64,000 nucleotides of DNA from positions 103,230,001-103,294,000 of the forward strand of contig OZ024743.1 in the NCBI GenBank assembly GCA_964016885.1, given 5' to 3'. Below the pieces are notes generated by a model. It did not search any database and was not told where the DNA came from. It worked only from the letters and a program-made list of their open reading frames with translations. The stretch's first letter is position 1. The number at the start of each line of letters is the position of its first letter. This DNA is from Eledone cirrhosa (taxonomy: Eukaryota). Shown here one piece after another: positions 15,180 to 31,208 of the stretch. A program made the translations under genes and the position numbers.

Positions 15180-15185
<6 letters not shown>
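14501..15185 (+). repeat. 464-bp HHR-bearing non-coding unit, ~1.5 tandem copies
   Basis: 14501-14721 is repeated at 14965-15185. The unit is related to 33855-34975. Confidence 0.85.
14851..14895 (+). ncRNA. Minimal type I hammerhead ribozyme
   Basis: AATATTG-CTGATGA-GATGT AACA ACATC-GAAA-CTAG-TC-CAATATT. Perfect 7-bp stem I, 5-bp stem II, palindromic ACTAGT, GUC site. Confidence 0.93.
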
Positions 15186-15276
<91 letters not shown>

Positions 15277-15277
15277 T

Positions 15278-16105
15278 ATTCATTAGTTAAGCAAAACAAG
15301 ACCACACATTTCACAAGGAAGACATTATTAAAAGATTGTCAACATATTTTAGTTTTATGTAAAAAATGTAGAGAATGATAATAATAATATTAATAATAAT
15401 AATTGTTTCTACTTTAGGCACAAGGCCAGCAATTACCCAGTTCATTACTGGTACTTTATTTTATCGACCCCGTAAGGATGAAAGGCAAAGTCAACCTCGG
15501 CGGGATTTGAACTCAGATCGTAAAGGGACGTAACTATGCTGGAAAGCATGGCGTCCGACCCTCTACCGATACTGACAATCCACCGCCCGTTAATAATAAT
15601 AATGTCCGTTTACAATTGTTTCGCCACTCCATATAATATTTCTGGATCAAATGACTATATATCATTATTGATCTGGTTCAGTTGAAAATAATTAACCTAG
15701 TTAAAGATAGAGCGGCTCATCGGAACTTCAAAGGAATATAAATTAAAATAAGTAAAGAATGTTACATAATGTAATGTTCCATATATTGGTATTTCCCTAT
15801 GGTGTCCTGGGTGTATCTACCGTCTGCCATAATCAAGCAGTATTCTTCTGTCGAAACTGCCATGTGTGAGATCTACCTATGGGTAACAAATTGGCCGCCA
15901 ATGGACATTTTTACCTTACTAATTAGAGGGTGGTTTCAGGGGAAGTAACTCCTCGAGAGTTTAGAAATTCTGGGTAGTTTATAGTTAAGTGCTATTATTA
16001 TTATTATTCTCTACACTCCTTACATCAAACTAAAATATGTTGACAAACTTTTAATAATGTCTTCCTTGTGAAATTGGTGGTCTTGTTTTACTTAACTAAT
16101 GAATA
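15278..16105. repeat. Segment bounded by ~80-bp imperfect inverted repeats, probably a PLE tail remnant with an inserted SINE
   Basis: 15278-15360 is the reverse complement of 16021-16105. 15800-15995 is homologous to 37553-37750, the tail of a PLE fragment. Confidence 0.6.
15398..15589 (-). mobile_element. tRNA-derived SINE, near full length
   Basis: Same family as 945-1128, flanked by (TAA)n. Confidence 0.85.
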
Positions 16106-16269
16106 TTTCCAGCTCTGCGCCCCTAACTTCTGCATGAACCCAGCCACCTAGCTGCTTTCCACTGCATATTGCACATTGAGCACATGCCTTTACGCTTTAG
16201 CTTCTAACTAATTCACCAATCTCTCCTCTCCTATCTCCATCTCTCTCTTTAAGATTGGTTACTCTTGAA

Positions 16270-16376
<107 letters not shown>

Positions 16377-16666
16377 CATATGTGTGTGTGTGTGTGTGTA
16401 TATATATATGTATATATATATATTTATATATATGTATATATATATATTTATATATATGTATATATATATATTTATATATGTATATATATATGTATATATA
16501 TATTTATATATATATATTTATATATGTATATATATGTATATATATATATGTATATATATATTTATATATATATATGTATATATATATTTATATATATATA
16601 TGTATATATATATTTATATATATATATATATGTATATATATATTTATATATGTATATACATATATG

Positions 16667-16701
<35 letters not shown>

Positions 16702-16964
16702 GTGTGTAAATGTATATATGTATATGTGTGTAAATGTATATATATATATATATGTATATATGTAGAAGTTCTATTTAAATTGTTGGGATACAACAAGCAA
16801 ATATTTTATAACTGATATAAAGCACTCAACAAATTATTGGAGTAAAAATACGATATATTAACAAATGGAAACTATATTTATAAAACTATCCGAGAGCTTC
16901 CAACAGAAATGGTCGCATTCTTTAAGGGTATGTCAATATTTATTTATAAAACTGATCTATATTA

Positions 16965-17030
16965 TATTTTATCTGATGAAAGCACGCCATAAATTAACTT
17001 GGTGTCCTTGAAATATGTATAATGAAATAA
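16965..17030 (+). ncRNA. Type I hammerhead ribozyme motif
   Basis: TTTTAT-CTGATGA-AAGCACGCCA...TGGTGTCCTT-GAAA-TATGTA-TA-ATGAAA, in a small island between (TA)n tracts. Confidence 0.7.
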
Positions 17031-17092
17031 ATATAGATTTATAAATATAGTTTCCATTTGTTAATATATCGTATATATGTATATATATATGT

Positions 17093-17184
<92 letters not shown>

Positions 17185-17326
17185 GTATATATACATATAA
17201 TATGTATACATATTATATGTATATATATGTATATATACATATAATATGTATACATATTATATATATATATATGTATATATATGTATATATACATATAATA
17301 TGTATACATATAATATGTATATATAT

Positions 17327-17419
<93 letters not shown>

Positions 17420-17859
17420 TATGTATATGTATATATATAATATGTATATATATATGTGTATATATATATATATGTATATGTATCTATTATATAAATGTGA
17501 AATGGTCTAAAATTGTCTGAGTCGTGTCTGGATACAGACAAAAGGGTAGTACCAATGCTATGATTGTCATGAAAATTTACACATTAATGTAAAAGGTGCC
17601 GAGGAAGCGACAGGTCTCTAAATGGAAAAATGTGGTCTCTGGGGCTAAGAAACGGTCTTATTCTATCGATTTTACCTCCCTGTAGTTTCTTAGCTTTACT
17701 CTCTCCGTCGCTCTTCCCTCTCTCTATAATATATCATTCCCCCTGTCTATAATTTAACTGCTTTACTCTCTCTGTCGCTTTTCACTCCCTATATGACAAC
17801 ACTGCAGAGAGAGATAGGCCGTTAGACAGAGAGAAATACAATTAAAGTGTTAGATATTC

Positions 17860-17954
<95 letters not shown>

Positions 17955-18044
17955 GAGGGATCAGCAAACTTTAGTTAACGTTCAGTCACGTGTTATATAT
18001 CTTTGATCTGTCGTCGCTCGCATAACACACACACATACATACAC

Positions 18045-21000
18045 ACGATAATTATATAAAGCTGAGCTTCGTCTGTATTTATGTATGTATGTATGTATCC
18101 TACACACCTCCCTATATTATTTAATCTAAAATACTTTTATATCCATCTCATAGTGAAGCATTTCCAATTCATTATACATAAACAATGACAATACTTTTTC
18201 GCTTTTAACTTAGCATTTTACATTCAATGCCTTCCTTTTTTAATGCAACTTTTTATTGAAACGACTACGTGCTCTCAGTGGTTCAGTATTTAACCTAAAA
18301 TACTTTTACACTGCTTCTATTGTATCGTTATACGATATGCCTAACGGAAAATGACCAATATTTTCTTCTAAACGAAATAAAGCCCTTAAATTGCTAAGAA
18401 TGGAGGCGCGTGCCAGGTACGTTTTTTTATCGATATCCTTTATTATTTTGCTTCTTTTATCTCCATAAAAATATTATTTCTGTTTTCAGAAGTTGTAAAA
18501 CAGTAATGGCCGAGTTAAAGCATTCAGTTTTTTTTTAACTCCAGGAGACATCGGATGCAAGGGAGGCCCGTCTTACTGCCCAGTGCGATCAGCGCCAACG
18601 CTCACGTCTTGACGAGACTCGGAGGCAAGGGAGGCCCGTCTTACTACTCAGCGCACTCGCGACCAACGTTCATGCCTCAAGGAGACTCCGGAGGCAAGGG
18701 AGGCCCGTCTTGCTGCCGACCACAATCAGCGCCAACTCTCACTCCTCGAGGAGACTCCGGAGGCAAGGGAGGCCCGTCTTTCTGCTCAACGAGATCAGCG
18801 CCAACGCTCACGTCTCAACGAGACTCCGGAGGGAAGGGAGGACCGTCTGTCTGATCAGCACACTCGAAACCAACTCTCACTTCTCGACGAGACTCCGGAG
18901 GCAAGGGAAGACCGTCTTTCTGACCAGCGCACTGGACGTCAACGCTCGCGTCTCAACGAGACTCCAGAGGCAAGGGAAGAAATGCTGGCAGGTAGACGGC
19001 GTAAACGTCAAGAAAATGCTGCTACTACAAGGGACACTTTTTGCTTAAAAGCTGGCTTTAACTACAATCCTTCTGATGATTACACCAGTCACCCGGATTT
19101 GGCTCTTGGAAAAATGGATAAGGTATGTCAGTCCTGTGGGGCTAAGAAGTGGGTCGGTGAGGCTTCAGGTCTTTGCTGTTCCGGGGACAAAGTTCGAATT
19201 CAGGCGCTGGCTGATCCTCCTGATTTGCCGCTAAATCTTCTCATTGGTAACTCTGACCACGGAGTGAAGTTTTGTAAAAGCATTTGGAGATATAATTCCT
19301 GCTTCGCTATGACATCATTTGGTGTAAGAGATGGCAGAAACAACAAAAAGAACAACAACAACAGCAACACCACCGGTGTAACCAGCAATTGTGACAACAA
19401 CGAAGAAAGAAAGAAAAACTTTACACCTACAAAATTCAAGGTCAATGTTACCACCTAATGGGAAGCCTTCGCCCACAGCTAGGCGAGGAGCCTAAATTCT
19501 TCCAGGTATTCTTCATGGGCGGGAATGATGAGGAAATTTCTCAAAGATGCAAGATCAATTCATCTGTTGACGGGAACATTGTTGCGGAACTTCAAACTAT
19601 GCTCCATGCAACCCATCCGTACGTCCGTGACTTGAAGAGGGCTTTGGAGCTTTTGGACTCTAGACATGAGATGAAATTGGTCATCAGAGCTGACAGACTT
19701 CCTGCGGGTAGGCATCCTGGATGTTTCAACGCTTCAAATACCAACGAGGTAGCAGCAATCATGGTTGACGAAAATCATGGTGCACGTGACATCATCATTC
19801 AGCATCGCAATAACAGACTGACGTTCGTTGCTGAAACCCATCGGTCGTACGATTGCTTGCAATACCCTCTTCTTTTCCCTACGGCGAGGACAGCTACAAC
19901 TTCGAGATTCCCACAATTGATCCGAAAAGTCTTGCTGCTTTACCAAAGAAGGTTTCCAGCATGGATTTTTATGCATACCGACTCATGATCAGAGACGGTC
20001 AATTCAACCAACTACTTAGGTTCAAAGAGGTGACAAACCAGTTCTTGGTTGATATGTATGCAAAGATTGAAGCGGAGCGTCTTCTGTACATACGTACCCA
20101 TCAAAGAGGGGTTCAATACGCTCATCTTAAGGATGCTTTGCAGCGTGACTGTGACGCAACCAATGTTTGACATGGGGTGATCCTTTCTTCAAGCTTTAGT
20201 GGCTCACCCCGGTACATGCATAAACGGACACAGGATGCCATGGCGTATGCCCGTAAGTTTGGGCGGCCGGATCTTTTTATTACCTTCACATGTAATCCTA
20301 GTTGGGTGGAGATTAAGCAGAATTTATTCGCCGGCCAGGTGACGAGTGACAGGCATGATATTACAGCCAGAGTCTTCCACGGAAAGTTGAAGAAACTAAT
20401 GTGCTTGCTGAAAGATAAGGCCATCTACAGACAACTCAATGCTTAGGTGTATACTGTGGAATGGCAGAAGCGGGGTCTTCCACACGCACATATTCTTACT
20501 TGGTGCAAAGAACGAATCAGACCTACGGACATTGATCGTGTTATATGTGCAGAGTTGCCCGATCCCCAAATTGATTTGCAGCTTTACAACATTGTGCTGG
20601 CTAATATGATATATGGACCCTGTGGTGCCCTTAACAGCCAAAATTCATGCATGGAGGGGAACAAGTGCACCAAACACTATCCCAGAGCCTTCACAGGGGA
20701 AACTTGCACTGGGGTTGACGGCTACCCCATCTACCGGCGGCGTGCTCCCGATTTTGGCGGCCTTTCGACTAGGATTAAGAAGAAAGGGAAAGAATACGAC
20801 ATTCACAACAGCTGGGTGGTGCCTTACAGCCCTTTGCTTGCTAAAATATTTAATGATCACATCAATGTGGAGTTTGCACATCTGTTAAAAGCATTAAATA
20901 CATCTGCAAATATATGAACAAAGGCAGCGTTATGGCGGTGGTTGGCCTCAGTGATGGCGTAGAATCAAAAGACGACATTACTCAGTTCATGATGGGAAGA

Positions 21001-21640
21001 TACATTTCGTCCAACATGGTGGCTTGGCGCATTTTGGGGCTTGAAATTCACTGGTGCTCTCCAGCAGTTGTTAACTTGGATGTTCACTTAGAGAATGGTC
21101 AACGCGTTTATTTCACTGAGGAAACCGCATCGGCTGCTGCCGAACAGCCACCTGAGACGACGCTTACAGCATTTTTTAAGCTATGTTCTGTCGATACGTT
21201 TACAGTTACCCTTTTTTACGTCGATGTACCTATCTACTTCACTTGGTCGAACAAAAAATGGCATCGGCGGCGACAAGGGGAAAAGGTTGAGGATTGGGTA
21301 GGTGTCTTCAGAAGTAATGCCATCGGACGCGTGTACAATGTTCATCCGAAGCAACAAGAATGCTTTTTCCTGCGAATGTTGCTGCATCAAATCAAAGGGC
21401 CCAACTCATTTGCTGACCTAAGACTTTTCGATGGCCACATTTATTCCAGTGACATGTGCGTGAAGCGCGGGCTGCTCGAGGATGATGCTCGCCTGAACGT
21501 GGCGTTGACAGAGGCGGCTGAATGTAAGATGCCTCGAGAAATGAGACGTCTGTTTTGCATAATGCTATTGTTCTGCGGCATAGGTTAGCCCCTTAAGCTT
21601 TGGGAAACGCATAAGGACAACATTCAGATCAACATTCACA
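18045..21640 (+). mobile_element. Helitron Rep (HUH endonuclease) region, frameshifted and truncated before the helicase
   Basis: Zn finger CQSCGAKKW...LCC, then RYNSCFAMTSFG, LQYPLLFP, SSFSGSPRYM...DAMAYARKFGRPDLFITFTCNP, VEWQKRGLPHAHIL, VVPYSP..HINVE and KYICKY. The 5' end ATATAAAGCTGAG-(TATG)n resembles Helitron starts. Confidence 0.92.
18540..19030 (+). repeat. 69-bp coding minisatellite (7 units) in the Helitron N-terminus
   Basis: GCAAGGGA-type anchors at 18557, 18625, 18694, 18763, 18832, 18901 and 18970. One unit encodes ETPEAREARLAADHNQRQLSLLE. Confidence 0.9.
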
Positions 21641-22546
21641 TCTATTTGTGCGTATGTATATTTTTGGTTGGATATCAATATAACTGTACCTCTCTATATA
21701 TAGTGTGGATATATGCACTTTGTAATCTATGAAATTTATGCGTTTTAACTATGCCAACATGTATTGATCTGAGTTTGATTATTTATACATAAACATACTT
21801 GATATTATTTTAGAGCGTATCATATGCTGTATTATACTAAGTGCAATTTACCACACCGTACTATATTATGTTGGTTATGTTGTATATTATCGCATTACTG
21901 TATTTCATTATCTTATTATAATTTTCATCTTTTAATATACTATCTTTCCTAGCCATAACCTTAATTTATATTCACCTAAAAACTCCATACAACACTAATC
22001 ATCATTTATTTTTACATTTCTTTTAAACGTCACTATACCAGATACATTCAACTATCAGTTTGACAATCACTTTCCTCCTAATAGATTTGTATGCCAATTC
22101 TACTATTAACACCATTCAACCATTCCTTTCAAAGGGTCATGACCTCAACTAAAGTGTATTACTTTTCATCTTAACACCATATGAAATAGTTCTTCAAATA
22201 ATGATATGATACTAACATACTACTAATTCTGAATAAAATCATTATTGCTTTTGAAAGCAGCTGGTGATATGCATGTAAGTAAATATTCTCTTTATTTGAT
22301 ATTTTGTAACTAACCTTAAATATATCAATAACGGAGTATAGTTACAATGTATTATCATCACCTAGAAACGATCGTAAAGCAGTGAAGAGTATCTCTAATG
22401 ACTTGATTTTTTATTTCATTGTTTTAACTTATATCATGACTCTGTTTTCCTTTTAATGTTTTATTGTTTTCCGGGATTTCAACATATGGATTACATCGAG
22501 TTCTTCATGCAGAATAGACCCCTCAACTTATTGTGGATACATCTGT

Positions 22547-24487
<1,941 letters not shown>

Positions 24488-26425
24488 AACCATAACCTCA
24501 ATGGCTAAAAAGACTCCCATGGGAAGGTAGATTGGGTGGACCAAAGCTATACGGACCCCCCCCCCCCCAAAAAAAAAACAATGATCAGGTAAGAAAAATG
24601 GTCGCACATGCAATAGAGGCTAGTATAAAAACTACCCTAAAGGGCCACATATTCAAGTTCAACGGGAAGATCTACACCCAAAATGAGGGAGCAGCCATTG
24701 GCGTCAGCATAGCTGGTGACGTTGCCAACCTTTTTATGGTATGGTGGGAAAGGAGACTTAAAGATCTCCTTGATGAGAGCTCCATAGACCTCATCATGTA
24801 CTCTCGTTACGTAGACGATATCAATATAGTAATAAGAACATCCACACAAGAGAGCAGGAACAAGTTTGATTTACAACGTAGCACAATGGAAAACATCCAG
24901 CAGATAGCTAATTCCATACACCAGAGTATAACTGTAACTATCGACTACCCTTCCAAACACCCTAACAATAGACTACCTGTATTAGACACGGAACTCTGGA
25001 TTAACACTATAGACGAGAGAGCCCAAATTCTCCACTCACACTATGCTAAACCCATGGCCTTCAAATACCTGATACTCCAAAACTCAGCAATGTCCAGTAG
25101 TGCTAAGTTTAATATTCTGATCGCAGACTTGGTACGAGTGATGAAGAACGTGTCCCGCATGTGCGAACCAACAGAAATGGAAAGACACATCCAACACTTC
25201 ATCAACCGCATGCAGTTCTCTGGCTACAACCAAAGAGACAGAATCAGAGTATACGAAAGAGCCACGGAGAAGTATAAGACCCTCATAGAACTGGACATGA
25301 AAGGAATTAGAAAGGGCTAGACATAAGATAGGGAAAGCCACCTCATGGTACGACAACCAGAGATACCAGAGTGTCATGTTTGTGGACGCTACCCCTGGAG
25401 GGAAATTAGCTAACCAGTGTAGAAAGGCCCTGAGAAAGACCCACTTAAAGATTAAGGTGGTAGAAAAGCCAGGAACCACCATAAAATCCCTGATCAGCAA
25501 AACCTACCCTTTTAAGAAAACCCACTGTACTAATAGGAAATGTATCATATGTAAGGTAAACTGTAAAACTAGAAACGTAGTCTATAGCATAAGATGTACA
25601 GAGGGTACTTGCAGAAACATGACAACAACATACATAAACGAGACAGCTTGTAGCATAGGTGAAAGGATAGACCAACACTGGAGTGAACTAAAAGGACGAA
25701 AAAACAGTTCAGTACTATACGAACATGCTAGACAAGAACACGATGGTAACATACACAACATAGAAATTAGAATAATATCTAAACATAGAAATGACCCAGC
25801 AGATAGGCAAATCAGAGAGGCCAGTGAAATAGAACTTAGAAGGCCAAGGCTAAACAAAAAAAATGAATAGAATAACAACAACAACCAAACAAACAACACT
25901 GACCTAAGAGAAGTATAAATAAATGAATAAATAGATAAATAAATAAATAAATGGATACATACACAAGCACAATAACAACAAACACATATAAACACACACT
26001 AGTAAAGATAGAATACATTAACCAATACACAGTCACCCAATCACGAACACACATCAAACAAAACACTACACTCACACGCAAACGCATGCGCAAAGAAGAC
26101 AAAATAAAATAAACAAATAAATAAATATATAAACAGACTAAATAAAGATGGCGTAGAAAATATAATGCAACGGGTGGAAAAAATAGCACCACTGACGATG
26201 TTGCAGATGTGCAACCAAAGAACTTTGATAAACTATATATATGTGTTTGTGTCTATATTGTATCTGTATTTTTGACCGTTGGTCAGTCAATGGCAACATT
26301 GAGGACCGAATAATTTAAATTAGCGATATAAAAGACACAGAAGCGAAAAGCGAAAACAACCAAACAGTGAGTGTGTTCTGTTATTAATTCTGGCAATATT
26401 ACACAAATATGACTCTCCCCAGTAT
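24488..26425 (+). mobile_element. 5'-truncated PLE (Neptune/Nematis-like): RT + GIY-YIG, disrupted
   Basis: FKFNGKIYTQNEGAAIGVSIAGDVANLFM, YSRYVDD, LPVLD, HYAKPMA, then the EN ORF 25376-25870. A small deletion near 25310 relative to the 11450-12620 copy breaks the frame. Confidence 0.92.
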
Positions 26426-26504
26426 AACATATACATATATATATACATATATAAATATACATATATTTATATACATATATATATATATACACATATATAT
26501 ATAT

Positions 26505-26581
<77 letters not shown>

Positions 26582-26584
26582 AGA

Positions 26585-29430
26585 TCAATACTAAACTCTA
26601 TCTCTAAGGGGGTGTCCAATAGAATCTCTAGTCTGTCCTATGACGCAAACATATTTAGCAAAAACTCACAATATTACAATCAAGCATTAGCTAGCTCCGG
26701 CCATAATATAGAAATTGAGTTCCTACCTAAGAAAACACATAGCTACAACATCATCTCGCACAACATGTCCATGAGGAAATCTAATAATAGGAATAGCAAC
26801 CACAAGTACACCAAAGCGGAGGGTGCCACCGGAAGTAACCATTACCATGGAAACTACTGTGGGGCCTTAGGAGGAAGCAACACACCAAACACTAAAAGCA
26901 AAAATAGAAGAAGAAATAATACATTTTTCAACCCTCCTTTCAACCTAAATGTCGCCACCAACATACCTAGGGCTTTCTTCTCACTACTAGATAAAAACTT
27001 CCCTCTAGGACACAAGTACCACAACCTCTTAAACAAAAACACCGTTAAAATCTCATACTCTACGACGCCTAACTTAGCATACCACATAGCTAGCAGCAAT
27101 AATAGTAAAATTAGTTCTTACTTCCAACAAACAAAATCACAACGGGATGCAAACCCTCTAAATACCACTGTAGCAAGCAACCATAGCAACGGCAGTAACA
27201 ATAGAAATAACACTAGTATAAGTAATAACACCAGGGTTGTCAACCCGAACACCCAAAATCCTATATCCACCACACAGACTTCCGCATTGCATTATAACCA
27301 GCGGACTAACGCACAGGATAATTGTAACTGTAGAGCTAATAGAACCTGCCCTTTAGATAAAAAATGGCTAACCAAGGATGTCATATACTCATGCACAGTC
27401 ACGACTAATAACTCTTCAGAAACCTATGTAGGCTCCACTTCTAACTGCTTCAAAATCAGATATAACTCGCACATCCACTCGTTCAAAAAGCACAGCCTAG
27501 CCAACTCCACCTCACTTTCTAGCTACATACACTATCGAAAATCTAAAAATAAACCATACACACTCAAATGGGAAGTGATAGGCAGCGCGACCTCGTACAA
27601 ACCACCTAATAAATTCTGTAACCTCTGTATACTAGAGACACACAATATTATCTTCTCCAACCGTAACCTACTTAACAAAAAATCTGAGGTGTTTGCAACT
27701 TGCCAGCACCGCCTCAGACATTCCTTCCAAAACTTTAAGCCCTATATATAGCAATGTCGGACTGGAACCTAACACCACATCTAGCATCAAACACCAGAGA
27801 CACACCCTATACTACATACCCAACACTAGCTGATCCATTATAACACAAACAACGACATCCCTCTGGAACCCTTCGCAGGGAAAATACCCATTTATACCTC
27901 TACGGCAGGTGTGACAACATCCACCCACTTGAACGGCACTACACCGCTCTAAGGGTAATTTGAGCATGAATTGATCGGTTGGACAGTGTTGGGCAGAGGA
28001 AACACCTTCCTTAGACAGATGTAAAATGATTTAATCGAGTAGCGCTGTTGACCAGTAGGACCGGGCTGCTGAGCGCAGTGAGTGAATGCAATGCAACTGC
28101 CGTGCGGGTTGTACGTATATGGATGATCTGACGGTCAGAGAGGGGTCGCGGGGACTGCGGATTGACCTTTGGCCTGCCTGGGGACAATTATCTTTCGACA
28201 TCCAATGTAGCAAGCGATGACCCAGATCTTACCAGAGATCATTGGGTCCTGAAGCAATCCTGCAGTCACCGCGCCTGGTCATATGAGCGGACTACAACCA
28301 CAGAGATCATTAATTTAGAATCCTCGCTCATCATCTATAATTTCCATTTGTAGCACCTTGAGATGGGTTAATCCACCATAATAATATGATCACCTTCAGC
28401 ATAACTTAGTTAAACTACTCTATAGTTAATACACTTTATGCTTTAAAAGTCTCTCTTGGTAGGTGCACTTCACCATAGAATTTAGGGTCTATATTGGGAC
28501 ACATTTTAATGGCTAGATATGGAAACCCCAGAGTTACCTCCCCGCATGCATTAACTCCCCTTAGCCACACACACACTTCCGGTATTCAATGGCGTTTCTC
28601 GAAACGTAACAACCTCCTGTATCGAACTAAAGAACACCAGACTACGACCTCTAACTGGATTGTCGTGGATTATGTGAAAGGCATATAATCGAATTATACA
28701 CTCCCCTGACCATGAAAATGCCGAAGTACATGAAATACTTGACATCCCTGCGCTGTGCATCTGCAATACTTATAACACTTTTAATGCTTGCACTATCTTT
28801 AATGCTTATAATATTTCTCCACACACAGACTATATCAATCATATAAAGATTTTGCCACCAGATCTACCAACCTAACACTCTTATTTACCTACCTAAGTGC
28901 CTCTACCACACATATCTCTCTGCCACACTATATAAACAAGACGCACATGCGTGCCACACATATAACATGTGCACTATATAACCACTTATCTTCATGTTGT
29001 ACTTTAACCTATATCTTTGATTTTTTATTGTACCTATTAATATAAATGTAATCTCGAAGTGTGTACTGCCACTCTAAATTCTGTAATGAATGTTGACCCA
29101 CAATGTTTGAATATGGATCAATGTTTTAATATGTATTGGTATGTCTCTCGGCCGAAAAGGAGGTCCATGCATTAATAAATTGCTCCGAAGAATCCAAACC
29201 TCGGTTTGGAGGAAACAGCTGTAAGCACAATAATGTTTTGAGCAGTTCTTTGATTCTTATATTTCATATAACTGCTCTGTAAATCATCTGATGTTTTTAC
29301 ATTGAGCTACTTAACTTACTGGTAATAAGGTAGTAATACATTACTGCCTACCACTATTTAGGGTGTGTGTAAAATACTTACAACTGCTTAAGGTTTTGTA
29401 TTTGCATAACCATAAATAGTATAACTAATA
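26585..29430 (+). mobile_element. 5'-truncated PLE (Hydra-clade-like): thumb, linker, GIY-YIG and a long 3' region
   Basis: ORF 26612-27751 has [53 protein letters not shown] and CNLCILE. An HHR-like motif lies at 29181. The 3' limit is inferred. Confidence 0.85.
29181..29227 (+). ncRNA. Hammerhead motif with variant core (CCGAAGA)
   Basis: TGCT-CCGAAGA-A TCCAAACC TC GGTTTGGA G-GAAA-CAGCTG-TA-AGCA. Confidence 0.7.
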
Positions 29431-29431
29431 C

Positions 29432-29462
<31 letters not shown>

Positions 29463-29595
29463 GTATATATACATGTATATATATATATGTATATATATAT
29501 GTATATGTATATATATATATGTATATATATGTATATATATATATGTATATGTATATATATATGTATATATATATATGTATATGTATATATATATG

Positions 29596-29626
<31 letters not shown>

Positions 29627-29653
29627 GCATATATATATATATGTATATATATG

Positions 29654-29684
<31 letters not shown>

Positions 29685-29713
29685 CTGTATATATCTATAT
29701 ATATATAGGTATG

Positions 29714-29777
<64 letters not shown>

Positions 29778-29850
29778 TATATATATAAAAGTATATATAT
29801 ATGAATATATATATATATGTATATATATACATGTATATGTATATATACAT

Positions 29851-30240
29851 GCCTCTGTCAAGGAAGAATTCTAGGAGAAGGAAAACTCTGATATAACACG
29901 TGCAACCCTGATGGTATCCAATGATGTTGACTTGTTCTTCTTTAAGGTTGTATCATCTTAGTTAAGAGAGTGGGCCTGGATTTGTGCAGTGCCTTTGCTC
30001 ACTATAAAAGCTTCACGGAACAGGCATTGCTTTATATCTGGAGATCTCTCTGCACTTGTCGTCATCTGGTACCATGGGCCGGTACTATGTGTCAATAATT
30101 GTCACAAGTGTAGTGTTTGTACCAGAGTTTTCAAGTCGCTGGCTGGACTAAAAAGTCACACGTTCAGCGCATCGGTAGGGGTTCTCCTACATGGATATAA
30201 AGTAGTGGCCGTACTCGAAAACGAGTTGGCAGCCACCATA
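29851..30240 (+). mobile_element. Short non-autonomous RTE-derived element, partial
   Basis: Near-identical to 33222-33613. Ends in a C2H2-coding stretch and CTCGAAAACGAG hairpin followed by (TA)n. Confidence 0.7.
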
Positions 30241-30252
30241 TATATATATATA

Positions 30253-30961
30253 ATCTTGACGTTATAGTCGCATATATGTTATAGAATGCCGTTAGCTTCT
30301 TGCTAAAACAATCTCTATACCTCTCATTTATATTTATACTCGGATTCTTTTCCTAGAGTGCTTAAACTATCTGTGACTAATCCCGGTTTTTTTCATAAAA
30401 ACTGTGATAATTATTGCTATTTTGCTGAACTCCTTTGTAGAGTTTTTTTCAGAATGTATTTGACTGCTATTTCTTGTAAATAAACATTCACTTTCATCCT
30501 GACGTCACTAACCCCGTTTTTTCCTCATGTGCTTTTTCATAAATACACATGAGGGCGAACTAGCCAGTTTTAGAATTCCCTTTTTCGGATTATATTACTG
30601 TGAGAGCCCTGATTTCTGTTGAGCTCTGCTGATGAATGAAATCCAACCGTGACCATCTCCACTGAAAGTTTTCATGAAATAGTCTTTTAAGACTATACAG
30701 AGCATTTGATGTTATTCCAAATTGAAGGATAAGTGTTTCAAACTTTGTTTTATCATGAGTTAAAGGTCTATAGATTTTTCCCTGGATTTTACTAAATTCT
30801 GTGGATGAATTTATATCCTGATTCTCTTTTGAGATGAGTTTGATTTATTTTTCCTAAATCTTTCGTTAACTACTTTTCCCATCTTGATGTTATAGTCGCA
30901 TATATGTTATAGAATGCCGTTAGCTTCTTGCTAAAACAATCTCTATACCTCTCATTTATAT
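30253..30961 (+). repeat. 628-bp HHR-bearing non-coding unit with an ~80-bp terminal direct repeat
   Basis: 30253-30332 is repeated at 30881-30961. (TA)n on both sides. Confidence 0.85.
30623..30703 (+). ncRNA. Type I hammerhead ribozyme with full-length stem III
   Basis: GCTCTG-CTGATGA-ATGAAA...TTTCAT-GAAA-TAGTCTT TT AAGACTA-TA-CAGAGC. All three helices pair. Confidence 0.88.
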
Positions 30962-31026
30962 GTATATATATATATATAGGTATATATATAAAAGTATATA
31001 TATATATATGAATATATATATATATG

Positions 31027-31071
<45 letters not shown>

Positions 31072-31112
31072 ATATATGTATATATATATAAGTATATATA
31101 TATATGTATATA

Positions 31113-31157
<45 letters not shown>

Positions 31158-31177
31158 GTATATATATATATATGTAC

Positions 31178-31206
<29 letters not shown>

Positions 31207-31208
<2 letters not shown>

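Noticed and set aside
22245-22385. GAAACGATCGTA half-motif (also inverted at 13343-13356) and GAAACCGGTC at ~35130 (-)
   Set aside because: The CUGANGA half is missing or heavily mutated, so these are only remnants.
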